64,000 nt of DNA from Candidatus Melainabacteria bacterium 17Bon1m (GTDB lineage Bacteria; Cyanobacteriota; Vampirovibrionia; Obscuribacterales; Obscuribacteraceae). Made by a program: the position numbers and the translations under genes. Positions 50,301-58,807 of the stretch are shown in pieces. The notes below the pieces were generated by a model. It was not told the DNA's origin. It saw only the letters and a list, made by a program, of their open reading frames with translations, and did not search any database. The DNA lies in NCBI GenBank assembly GCA_032128875.1, contig JAVLKG010000010.1:160996-224995 (forward strand), read 5' to 3'. Numbering within the stretch: the stretch's first letter is position 1; every line of letters begins with the position of its first letter.

Positions 50301-50847
50301 TCCGGATCTGATTCCCCTGTTCCAGAAAGTGGATTTTCATTCTCGACACCTGTATAACGGACGCAAATACCCTCGCTCAGAGGAGCAGATAAAGGCGCTC
50401 GAACCCTTCTACCCGTTTTTAGACGCTAATGAGATTGCAGACTTTGGTGACGAATGCAATGAACAAGGGTGGCTGTCGACGAGGGAAAAGTATCTTGATC
50501 AGTGGCTTGCAAAAATAGAGCCAACTCTTGGCAGACGCAAGTGCACTAATCAGCTAGAAGCATCCTTCTTTGAAAACCTCAATAAGTATGATCACCGTGT
50601 TGAATTTTGGATTCTTGATTTGTACAAAGCTGGCATTGCCTGGAATCAGCTTAAAAGCAAGCTCGCTGTATGGCATCAAGAGAAGCAAAGCATTCATTCG
50701 CTCACACTACTGGCAAACGCAATCATTCACTCAGGAAATAGGAATGACCTTCAGCTTTTAAAGGCATACGAAACTACACCACATATCGAAGCCACAAACA
50801 TCATCGAAGACACACGTTTTGCGGTGATGCGCAAATCTTTAGTCTAA
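47368..50847 (+). CDS. HNH endonuclease fused to STAND/NACHT-like ATPase and helical-repeat C-terminus (true start probably 47404 or 47410)
   Basis: CSNPMC...AAHVTAASKGGPRY...NGIWCCQTC (Cap5-type HNH). Walker A AGSGSGKS, Walker B LVVED, and FRHDRVRDWL (STAND winged-helix-like motif). Confidence 0.75.
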   Translation: MLRPHHKSNEFLMTMNRDDFTKRTKEILAKRVGYLCSNPMCRRLTTGPHSDPEKSVSIGTAAHVTAASKGGPRYNPNLSTIQRKSVSNGIWCCQTCGRFVDADDSKHTVETLLGWKADAESEADLSNSGLHIGKRFLSNLELLRLFHRSLESLRTFSNPNTWIARRLDTQILDLAKNGTNFLVAGSGSGKSVACSKWLSDHLKNHLSALVITHEIAAVSTSIEQAVRSAFSEMGQEISIDAAERLLYSAENPIRLVVEDINRAINPQAIIEKILRWNSEGNETWSLLCPVWPENLSLLEKDVKSRIENFLLLGERFSSEEGSAALCLKAQLAQKDLTTVEAEDISSLLNHDPLLIALYDFKDNPVPSQVIGSFISETLLRLQLSSSDALKFFLPQSLDKLAESMLMNSRLEISVDDVSNWFKSELNTLNAISKIAEDGQLLNLVFSGNRSKILFRHDRVRDWLLTKAILRMLQKEILPDALLGDPYFAEVFGMALCEPEATQDFAELLFKRNPLALFYALRIFRKSTTEVHFKICFLISQWITECAQIQSNRHARWAALSILADTDSSYILEIAPMLDTESYAGMLALLRNGNILGGLNLCQALEPAVTAPWRDRIISHAIQLYYDKFSEELKQHLQDSNLDSRKLIACLRFAGYLKNPELAPVIERFWAKDEKRIEHLQDYLWALSQCCGEHAERYLAPVCNEWGMLSDERNSTGSTARADVLHDCFSNAFAKEVPVNALSYFFTRAQQEDLDWYITNMLHAIDHPTVMEFLVNQFAKWVKEKRHMSAIFLRDRWKLALNGKRIMSAECRRFLKETWQGNQNKPEIRKQAFRLWAGQIDVRELPVLQSTFDRALADSVLSHRLILGDNTAIPSLIRKMKLKSWWAQYCWYVTSPQLTTELDKLLDKRAQGLKEDWHSVQDIDCFISSAMKHMPISEAETLLIKHWRHLRFCYRYLEAALFLATPKLIEQAKRVLTEDPDLIPLFQKVDFHSRHLYNGRKYPRSEEQIKALEPFYPFLDANEIADFGDECNEQGWLSTREKYLDQWLAKIEPTLGRRKCTNQLEASFFENLNKYDHRVEFWILDLYKAGIAWNQLKSKLAVWHQEKQSIHSLTLLANAIIHSGNRNDLQLLKAYETTPHIEATNIIEDTRFAVMRKSLV

Positions 50848-50884
50848 CTTCGGTATACAGCGAGTTATCCACTCCTGCCCAACT

Positions 50885-53062
50885 CTATCGTTCTTCACTT
50901 GCCTGGCTTTTCTTTAACTCATGCAATCTGTGACACTCGCGTGCGTATTCGATATTTTCAGCGTATTCTTCCGGCATTTGAGCCTTGCTTTTCGCAACAT
51001 TGTCAATGTTTGCGATCAAGTTTTCAATGCCAAAGGTTGCATCGAGTACATCAGCATCATTACTAAACACATGAGTTGTTCTCAAATTTTGCAGGAACGA
51101 CATCGCGTCAGGCGTCGATTTCATCAACTTTTCACCAAATAAACGAAGTCCTTTTGCGTCCCACAATTTCCAAAGCCGAATTACAAATCTCATCTCTGGA
51201 CAAGCGATTAATGCCGAGAACTGAAGTTCCTGAATTCGCTTCACTGCTAATGTTCTCAATTCACTCTTTTGTTCTGCTGTGAAATCGATAGGCTTACCTG
51301 GCATCCGCTCTGGATTCTTTAAATGCTCATCAATAGTTAGTATAAACCAGCAAATGGTTCCCAGGGACTCACCTTCAATCAATGCTCTCTTTACCAGCTC
51401 ATACTGAGTAGCTTCCGGCAGATCCCTAACCAGCAAGTACAAAATCCTTTGTATTCTCTGCCCATTTCCAATTGGCATGGACAATACTCCCTTTCCATAA
51501 TCCTGCTTACTAAGAAATTCGTCTCCAAAACTTAGCAAAACCCAAACCACATTACGTTTTGCTGTGTCGCTAAATTCATAGAGAAATCTGTCTCTTTCAA
51601 GAAATGAAACAAGGCGAGAACCACCAAACAATGTTTTGCTTCCAGCCAATTCACGAAGCTTGGTCAATATGCCTTGCTCATCGGCATTTTGAATCAAATT
51701 GAGTTCGTTGTTAGAAACGTGCCAATTCGAAACAGAGTAAGTAAAATAAATGCCGTATTGTTCGTCGATTCGCGCAAGTAGTTGACTTGACTTCGGTCCG
51801 TATAAGGCTAATGGTCGATCATCACGAAGTCCGCGCTCTACTTTTGGAAACAACGAAACCAAAATATTTTGCACTGGAACTCGCTTATATGCAGGAAGAC
51901 GGCGAAGCCAGGACTTATGAAAGTCCCGAACTTCGTTCAGTTTTGGAGAATCGTATTTCTCAAAAGTCCCACTGCCCGTGAAATAGATTGGATTCTCTCG
52001 CATTACTGAATAAGCTTCATGGCAGTAAAGCCGGATTGCTTCGATAGAAATGAAGTCCACAATGTGAACCTCTCCTTTGACAGCTGCAAATGTGATTTCC
52101 AAGGAGTTACGAAACCTGGCAATCTTTCGGGGTGTATCAAGCAATAGCTCTAGTCCTTCTGAATACACACCTCTGAAATAGTCTCTATCGGTTTTCATAA
52201 AATCAGTACCGCAAACCTCATCTATGGCCTCTTCAAAGAGGATAGATAAAGAGTATTCATCAGGAATTGGAAGTACAAAGGGTGCTTGCACAATTTTGTC
52301 AAGAAAATCTGCACCAAATTCATTGTCTGAGCGCATTGTCAAATTTCCGCTGTAAGAAAGCTGTTTGTCATTGAGTGCAAAATCTCCGCTGGACTTACTA
52401 GCTCCGTGTGAGCTGTCTAGCGCATGGACCACAACATCTCGGTCCATAGCGACTACACAAACTACATTTGGCAGGTCCGTAAAAAGCTTCGTCAATTTGA
52501 ACGTTGTAAGAATTTCTTCGGGCAGAAGCCGATCTACATCATCGACTATCAGCAATATCCTCTTTGTTTGCGATACAAGAGCATCTGAAGCCTTTAGCCT
52601 CAATTCGGATAGAGTGTCATCCTTAAAGGAAGACGAAGTAGCAGCGGCAGCCTTCGCAATCCAGCCGTACTCCGGCACATTTCCTAAAACGTCGGATATC
52701 GCTTTGATGCTTGATACTGCGGTGTGTTTAAATCCAGAAACTTTAAGTTCGCGCAATAACGTATCAAAGAATTTTCGAGCAATTGAGTCCTGCCCTGAGA
52801 ACCACCAAGGATTAAAGTGAACTACAACTGGCTGATCGGCTGGCGGCAACTTCTTTAGATGCTCAAGCACAAAATTAATAAGAGTTGTTTTTCCGCTGCC
52901 CCACTCGCCATAAATTGCCAATGTTGCGCCCTTTGATGCAGGAATAGTGATTATGCCTTTGGCAATTTTTCCAGCAAATTCAGAATAGCCGAGTCTATCC
53001 TGGTCCAGCCGAATCTTCGGTGCATCGGAAAAGGAGCTTTGATCATCAGTACTTTGAGCCAT
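50885..53062 (-). CDS. KAP-family P-loop NTPase
   Basis: DRLG, GEWGSGKT, FNPW, VDDVDRL, FLDKIVQAPFVLP and TPRKI motifs. Confidence 0.92.
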   Translation of the reverse strand: MAQSTDDQSSFSDAPKIRLDQDRLGYSEFAGKIAKGIITIPASKGATLAIYGEWGSGKTTLINFVLEHLKKLPPADQPVVVHFNPWWFSGQDSIARKFFDTLLRELKVSGFKHTAVSSIKAISDVLGNVPEYGWIAKAAAATSSSFKDDTLSELRLKASDALVSQTKRILLIVDDVDRLLPEEILTTFKLTKLFTDLPNVVCVVAMDRDVVVHALDSSHGASKSSGDFALNDKQLSYSGNLTMRSDNEFGADFLDKIVQAPFVLPIPDEYSLSILFEEAIDEVCGTDFMKTDRDYFRGVYSEGLELLLDTPRKIARFRNSLEITFAAVKGEVHIVDFISIEAIRLYCHEAYSVMRENPIYFTGSGTFEKYDSPKLNEVRDFHKSWLRRLPAYKRVPVQNILVSLFPKVERGLRDDRPLALYGPKSSQLLARIDEQYGIYFTYSVSNWHVSNNELNLIQNADEQGILTKLRELAGSKTLFGGSRLVSFLERDRFLYEFSDTAKRNVVWVLLSFGDEFLSKQDYGKGVLSMPIGNGQRIQRILYLLVRDLPEATQYELVKRALIEGESLGTICWFILTIDEHLKNPERMPGKPIDFTAEQKSELRTLAVKRIQELQFSALIACPEMRFVIRLWKLWDAKGLRLFGEKLMKSTPDAMSFLQNLRTTHVFSNDADVLDATFGIENLIANIDNVAKSKAQMPEEYAENIEYARECHRLHELKKSQASEER

Positions 53063-53081
53063 ACTTCTCCCAAATTACAAG

Positions 53082-53582
53082 CTAAGTTGATGGCTGTTGT
53101 GGTCCCGCCGGGGTTTGTACACCAATCTGAGGTTGTCCTGTGGCGCCCCCCTTTGTGTTATCAATCGAATTTTCGATAAATATTCTTACTAACTGCTCTC
53201 GTTCTTTCTTCTCCAAATGCGGCAAAAGACGTTCCAATGCTTTTATCAGTTGTTCGTCCTTCATTGTTTTCTCAGCCGAATTGCTCCACAAATGAAATCG
53301 AAAGAGCAAATAACCTGAAATCGCAGAGACAACTACTAGAACGCCCCAAAACACTTGCATTTTGAAGCCAAAGCGCTGTTTTATTTCAAATCGTTTGAGT
53401 TCTATTTCCGCCGAAGAAATTCCAGGTAGGGTTTGTGGATTTGGTCTTGATTGTTTTTCGATTTGAGAGTCCGCCGGTTTATTAGGAGCGGACGCTCCTT
53501 CTGGCTCCGAAGCATTGCAAGAATGGGAGCAAGCGATTGCAATGAGCAAGCACATAGGTAGCTTTATTAGTATTTTCATCAT
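53082..53582 (-). CDS. Small exported/membrane hypothetical protein
   Basis: Start moved from the track's 53618 to ATG 53582 (MMKILIKLPMCLLIAIACS, signal-like). One further TM (VFWGVLVVVSAISGYLLF). Confidence 0.65.
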   Translation of the reverse strand: MMKILIKLPMCLLIAIACSHSCNASEPEGASAPNKPADSQIEKQSRPNPQTLPGISSAEIELKRFEIKQRFGFKMQVFWGVLVVVSAISGYLLFRFHLWSNSAEKTMKDEQLIKALERLLPHLEKKEREQLVRIFIENSIDNTKGGATGQPQIGVQTPAGPQQPST

Positions 53583-53624
53583 GCGAAATGACCATCCTTT
53601 ACACTCGCAGCGTACCAACCGCTA

Positions 53625-55130
53625 TCAATTATTCTTGGATTTCCTATCATAGAGAGCAGTTCCAGTGCCGGACTGAAAGTCTGCGTGATACTTTGTTGCG
53701 TCAAAGATTCCCTTAGTTGCAAACAGCTCTGACCAAAAGTCACTTAGCGCAAGCATTCCCAATCTATGTAGCATCAGGACCAAATACAAGTCTTCGCACT
53801 TAAGAAGAGCCAAGTCATTCAATTCTGCGCTCTTCTTCAGACTATCGCTTAGACCAACGCTGCGGTTCGCTGGCTGTTCATTAATCGAGTTGCTTCCAAT
53901 CAAAATTCCTTTATAGCTCTTTAGCCGCGGAGGAAGAGTGCCTCGTGTTTTCCACTCATTCAACTGCCTAATTCCACTCTCACCAAAACTGTCCCTCTCA
54001 GTACTTTTTATCTCTAGTACTGCTTCCAGTGTCTTTTCGCCTCCTAAATTAACGCGAATCCAACCATCTTCTTTGTTTGGTTCAATTGGCAATTCGACAT
54101 CCGCACCAAGCTCTCTAAATGAATCGTGGACTATCGCCTCAAGACTAGTACCGTTATCAAAGAGAAGTCGTACACACTCTCGCAATTGCAGGCGCCGAAG
54201 TTCGCATTGCTCTCTTCGGTCTTGCAATCCCTTAATTTCTTCATCCAGACTTTCGATTTTACTGTCAATTTCAACTTGATTCACAGGGACAATTGCTGCT
54301 GCCCAATCAGGAACCACTACGGTCAATTTGATGTCAAAAAGCTCAGCGAGCAAATCAACGATAGTTTTTCCCCCGATTACCGGCAGAAAAATTAGCGGAC
54401 CAATAAGTACCTCTTTTACGGCTTCAGAGGACCTATCAACCGAGCTTTTGGGAAACACAGAAGGGGGTTGACGTTCAAGCAACTTTAGACAGACAACACT
54501 TGAAAGTGCCTGATTGTGTCTATTAACAGCAAGCTTAGAGGTCAAAATCTTACAATCGAACTGTTGTTGGAAATTACTTCCAAATTCGCTCCTGATTGTC
54601 GGCTCGTATACGTCCACATCCTTCATAGCAAGCTCATAGGATCGTAAACTTCCAAGAAAGGTACGGTAATTGGATTCTTCCGCCAGAATTTCCACGGTAT
54701 CGCCAATCTCGTGTGACCAACGAAATTGCAGACCAGTCCACGAGAGAAACGGAACTGACCAATCCATACTGTGCGGCGAGCCTTTAATCTTGAGGCTGAA
54801 GTCGGGATCTCCAAGGATCAAAACTTGCCCACCGTGTGCCGTAACGTCAAGAAAAGTCCGAAAATTCAATTTATTCCCAAACTGCGCCGAATCCATTTCC
54901 TTGCCGCTGGGTCTGGTCGACATATCGAAAAGTAAGATATCGTAGTCAGCTAAATTTGGAAGCTTATTTAGATTCTGCCAGCTGATCGCGCGGACTATCC
55001 AGTCTTTTGAGCTGTAATCTACTTTCATATTGGTGATTGCGGCAATCTTCGTAGCTCTATTCAATTCTTTCGGGGTCTCACTAAGGTCCGCCCCCTTGAC
55101 GTCAACAGTCTGTTTAGGTTTCTTTTGCAT
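53625..55130 (-). CDS. Hypothetical protein with coiled coil and C-terminal PD-(D/E)xK restriction-endonuclease-like domain
   Basis: LEAIVHDSFRELG...EDGWI...VLEIKS...IRQL pattern following a heptad segment. Confidence 0.6.
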   Translation of the reverse strand: MQKKPKQTVDVKGADLSETPKELNRATKIAAITNMKVDYSSKDWIVRAISWQNLNKLPNLADYDILLFDMSTRPSGKEMDSAQFGNKLNFRTFLDVTAHGGQVLILGDPDFSLKIKGSPHSMDWSVPFLSWTGLQFRWSHEIGDTVEILAEESNYRTFLGSLRSYELAMKDVDVYEPTIRSEFGSNFQQQFDCKILTSKLAVNRHNQALSSVVCLKLLERQPPSVFPKSSVDRSSEAVKEVLIGPLIFLPVIGGKTIVDLLAELFDIKLTVVVPDWAAAIVPVNQVEIDSKIESLDEEIKGLQDRREQCELRRLQLRECVRLLFDNGTSLEAIVHDSFRELGADVELPIEPNKEDGWIRVNLGGEKTLEAVLEIKSTERDSFGESGIRQLNEWKTRGTLPPRLKSYKGILIGSNSINEQPANRSVGLSDSLKKSAELNDLALLKCEDLYLVLMLHRLGMLALSDFWSELFATKGIFDATKYHADFQSGTGTALYDRKSKNN

Positions 55131-55372
55131 TTGCTAGCCGGGTCCTGTAATTAATGAATTCGCTTCCCAAGGGCTGGTAAACAGCTAGGCTTTCCCAAAT
55201 TCGCCCAATGCAAGCGAAATGGAAACTCATTATTACCGATGATACTTTTGGAGATACTTTTGTTGACCAAATGTGTCCAGTTGAGACCACTTTGGTCCAG
55301 CGGTCATAGCTCAGAACTGAGATGTAGATTCAATAGAACGATGATGTCAACATCCTGAATGGTGATACGTCA

Positions 55373-55394
55373 GATTCCCCTCGTCTGCCCCATT
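55373..55394 (+). repeat. att copy of the tRNA-His 3' end
   Basis: Identical to 46104-46125. Confidence 0.95.
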
Positions 55395-55400
55395 AATAAT

Positions 55401-55426
55401 AAAAGCCTCGCGCTGCGGGGCTTTTT
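55401..55426 (+). terminator. Rho-independent terminator (probably the displaced original tRNA-His terminator)
   Basis: AAAAGCCTCGC-GCT-GCGGGGCTTTTT hairpin with T tract, immediately after the att copy. Confidence 0.8.
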
Positions 55427-55502
55427 GCTTTTTCTCATAGGGTTCTGCCATTTCTCTATATAGTGAAATGAAGATCGGATGTAATGGCTGTGACTTTCAA
55501 GA

Positions 55503-55922
55503 ATGAGCGAACTGCACCTAATCTTATTCACCCTCGGAACCACTTCTTTGATTGTGGTTCTTTCCTCCTTCATTGGTCTCAGGTGGCTCTTCAGGCGCGG
55601 TTGGAAAAACAAAGGTGCTACACCAACTCCGATCGGAATTGGCATTCTCGCGTGTGGCGCAGCAGTTGTTAGTTGTTTCCTCTATTCATTGCTTGTCGAA
55701 CCATACTGGCTCGACATATCGCATATAAAACTTCAATCAACCAAAATCCCAATTGGCACAAAAGGGTTTCGCGTCGCGCACATATCTGACATCCACTCGG
55801 ATCCAGCAGCACGACTAGAAGAAAAATTGCCGTCGATCATTGCAGCGGAGAAACCGGATCTCATAGTTCTCACGGGAGACTGCATCGTCGTTTTTAGCGA
55901 TGAATCTCATCAACGAGCCTAA
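55503..55922 (+). pseudogene. Truncated membrane-anchored metallophosphoesterase (YkuE/YaeI-like)
   Basis: Two TMs, VEPYWL, AHISDIH and DLIVLTGD, then a stop about 12 aa later. GNH(D/E) and later motifs are absent. Confidence 0.75.
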
Positions 55923-55972
55923 AATCATTGGGCACGGTAGAATGGAAAAACTGGTCGAATTGGAGAGACGCC

Positions 55973-56248
55973 ATGAACCTAAAACGCCTGGAAGTCCTAG
56001 CAATGTCTGCACTCTTCTTGGCCGTACTGGCGGTGTTTCCCCCTGGTAATTCTCTGGCGGTTTCTCTCAGAGGCTTCCCGCGACTGCTGCTTGGCGTTTT
56101 GATTTTTGCGTTCCTAATGTCGCTTCTTATGAAATGCTGCGAAGCGAAAAAGAAGTGCGAACAAAAAGAGATGTATTCCTGCGCCTCATGCTCCACACCT
56201 TATGAGCTGGGCAATAAATTCTGCCATTCATGCGGTGCCGAGCTATAG
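55973..56248 (+). CDS. Small 2-TM protein with C-terminal Zn ribbon (paralog of 63326-63667)
   Basis: ATG 55973 with GGAG SD; CASCSTPYELGNKFCHSCGAEL. Confidence 0.75.
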   Translation: MNLKRLEVLAMSALFLAVLAVFPPGNSLAVSLRGFPRLLLGVLIFAFLMSLLMKCCEAKKKCEQKEMYSCASCSTPYELGNKFCHSCGAEL

Positions 56249-56283
56249 AACACGTTTCCGTTGTTCTGTATTTTGATCTTGCG

Positions 56284-57465
56284 TTAAAACCCAGAGTCAG
56301 GTCCTTTTCTGTATTGCTGCGGCTGCTGCGGACGCGGTTGTTGCTGCGGTTGGAATTGCGTCTGCTGGCGCGGTGGTTGGAATTGCGTCTGTTGTCGCGA
56401 CTGTTGCATCTGTTGAAGCTGTTGCTCAAGTTGCTGAAATTTCTGCTGCAACTGCTGGGTCTGGGATTGTGGGCGCTGCGAAGGTCTCAATCCGGTCCGC
56501 TGTTGCTGCTCCTCATCCGCATCCGCATCCTGCGGCTGTTCGCCACGCTCTGCACTACGCTCACCACCAGTTCTCTTAAAGACCTGCATCCTATTATTCT
56601 TGGTCTCGCTGCTTAAAATTCGCTCTTGCGTTTCAGTTAAAACCGACTTCGGTCGCTCTGGCGGAATCAGCTCAGGATGCCCACTTGCCTCCAGGAATTT
56701 GACAAAGCTATCGCGATAATCAATGCCGTTGTATTCATCAATCGGATTGAATTCCTCTATTCTCTGTTCCAGAACCTCAATCGTGTCTTCGAATTTCACA
56801 CGCCCATCTTGATTGAAGACACGGCACTCTACGACAGCTTTCACAACGCCATCAGACTGAGGAGTTGAAACGCTCAAATCTTCTTGTTGAAACGAGCTCA
56901 TAATTTGATTAGTGTCTTTATCAATGCGAACACGCGTAGATAGCGAAAACGAAGTGTATTTGTTCTTCTCCATTGAATAGATTGTTGGTCGCTGCGGCAT
57001 CATGTATTCGATGTAGTCGTCGGTTTCTACTTTTCCGACGTTGACGAAGACGGGCTGCCAGATTCGTCCTTTCGCATCCATTTGGTAGCCGGTAATCATA
57101 TCCATTCGCGTTTGATATGACACAGGTTTGCCATTAACCATGCGAGTACTTTTTTCTTTATGCCAAGTCCCTGCAAACCAATTTGGAATTCGGCGCCACG
57201 CTGTAATGTTTCTCTTGCCGGTCTCAACGGCACCAAGATTCATTCGCTGACCTTCGCGCAAACCGGCCTTCAGCGGCTCAAGCGAGTCACTAAACTCGAT
57301 GCCTGCTTTGAGTGGTTCGGCACGTAGGCAGGGGGTGACGCAAAGACAACAACATACACTGCAGAGTAAAGCCAAAAGAAAGGTTGACACAGAGACGCCA
57401 GCAAAGAAATCTGCGAGTGTCTGAAAAAGCTTTTCTGGTCCGCCGTTAAACATTCTCAACCGCAA
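56284..57465 (-). CDS. Putative secreted hypothetical protein with Gln-rich tail
   Basis: Hydrophobic N-terminal segment, beta-rich core (WFAGTW) and Q/P-rich C-terminus. Start uncertain. Confidence 0.7.
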   Translation of the reverse strand: MRLRMFNGGPEKLFQTLADFFAGVSVSTFLLALLCSVCCCLCVTPCLRAEPLKAGIEFSDSLEPLKAGLREGQRMNLGAVETGKRNITAWRRIPNWFAGTWHKEKSTRMVNGKPVSYQTRMDMITGYQMDAKGRIWQPVFVNVGKVETDDYIEYMMPQRPTIYSMEKNKYTSFSLSTRVRIDKDTNQIMSSFQQEDLSVSTPQSDGVVKAVVECRVFNQDGRVKFEDTIEVLEQRIEEFNPIDEYNGIDYRDSFVKFLEASGHPELIPPERPKSVLTETQERILSSETKNNRMQVFKRTGGERSAERGEQPQDADADEEQQQRTGLRPSQRPQSQTQQLQQKFQQLEQQLQQMQQSRQQTQFQPPRQQTQFQPQQQPRPQQPQQYRKGPDSGF

Positions 57466-57790
57466 ATGTGAAACACCTTTCTCAAGTTTTCATCAAATCC
57501 AAGTTCGCAAGAATTGAATTATTTCCCGCGCTCAAGCAGTATGCAAGCCGTTTTAACTAACCTTCTGCCCGATAGAGTCCACTTTATCAGGACAAGAGCT
57601 TTTGTGTCGGATGTACCTGACAATGTCGATTTTGGCACGCTGTAAAATTCTGCTAACCTTTCACCACAAAATGGTGCAGGTCAGTGCGCCACAAGCATTA
57701 GACCGTCCTCTGGAAACACAGAGGATTGAGAGATATAAGAGCAACGAACCCGCTTGCCAACACTGGTAAACCAGGCAATTCTCAGTTCTA

Positions 57791-58474
57791 TCAGTTATTA
57801 CATGCTCTCCCGCTCAAGTATGGTCTCATTGCCCGTTGAACCTTGCTTCTGGCACGTGAAATTCTAGATTTGACGGTCCCGAGCTCCGATTTTGTAAGGA
57901 AGGCAATTTCTTCGTACGAAAGTCCGTCTTCATCGCGCAAAAGCATCGCAGTACTAAATTCGGATGGAATTGAAGAGATTGCTTTCTGAATTTCATCGAG
58001 CAATTCATAGCCTTCAACAACGGCATCCGGCTGCGGTTTGCGATCAAAGATACTCCGAGTGGCACTCGTGGTGAAGTCGTCACTGCCTGAATAAGGTTCG
58101 TCCATTGACACTAGAATGAAGTCTTTCGGAGACTTTCTGCAGTAATCGTAGAAGATGTTCGATACCAGCCTTTTAAGCCAGGCTCTAAAGCGTTGGGGTT
58201 GTCTTAATGTTGAAATTGAATGCCATACCTTAATTTCAGCAGACTGGCAAATGTCTGCAATTTCTCTACATTCCGGCGCCAGCCTATAGACAATGTTTCT
58301 AATAGCACTTTTGTAGCGCTGCAGAAGTTCGTCAATTGCGCCTGATTTGTGTTGCTGACAAGCCAAGACGAGGTCGAGCTCTGGCAAATGTTCGAATTGC
58401 TTAGTCTCAGAAGCGATTCTGAGTAAAGGGCAAGAATAAGATGGCTTCATTTTCAATTGATTTAACGTGTTCAT
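57791..58474 (-). CDS. ECF (sigma-70 group 4) sigma factor
   Basis: Region 2 FRAWLKRLVSNIFYD; region 4 GLSYEEIA...GTVKSRISRAR. Confidence 0.92.
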   Translation of the reverse strand: MNTLNQLKMKPSYSCPLLRIASETKQFEHLPELDLVLACQQHKSGAIDELLQRYKSAIRNIVYRLAPECREIADICQSAEIKVWHSISTLRQPQRFRAWLKRLVSNIFYDYCRKSPKDFILVSMDEPYSGSDDFTTSATRSIFDRKPQPDAVVEGYELLDEIQKAISSIPSEFSTAMLLRDEDGLSYEEIAFLTKSELGTVKSRISRARSKVQRAMRPYLSGRACNN

Positions 58475-58807
58475 ACATTCCTTTTCGGTAAGAAGCTCGG
58501 GAAATGCTGTTCACGTTGCTCGCCACCATACAATGTCAGCTGCCGGCGCAAGTCTCCACTCGAAGCTCGCCTTGACTGTCACATTCTCATCATAGGTGGC
58601 TCAATGTGAAACTGCGGTGAAAACCGCCTAAATCTGCAATTAACACACTCAAACCAAAACGGCAGTTTTAACCGGACTTTCACATTGTGAATGGTTTGAT
58701 CACTGTAATTGAATGTGTAGATTGGTCACCTTGCCGTGCAGCATAGCAATTCGGTCCTTTTACCCGTCGAAATACCGAGCTGTTCAAATGCAAGGAAGGA
58801 ACACTAC

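Larger units (their letters stand above)
46104..55394. mobile_element. Genomic island integrated at the tRNA-His 3' end (~9.3 kb, no integrase)
   Basis: Perfect 22-bp direct repeat GATTCCCCTCGTCTGCCCCATT at 46104-46125 and 55373-55394. Interior appears more AT-rich by eye; cargo is defence-like. Confidence 0.9.

Noticed and set aside
58679-58691. TTCACA-T-TGTGAA palindrome in the sigma/hydrolase divergent promoter
   Set aside because: Single short palindrome whose spacing does not fit a CRP/FNR site; cannot be assigned.
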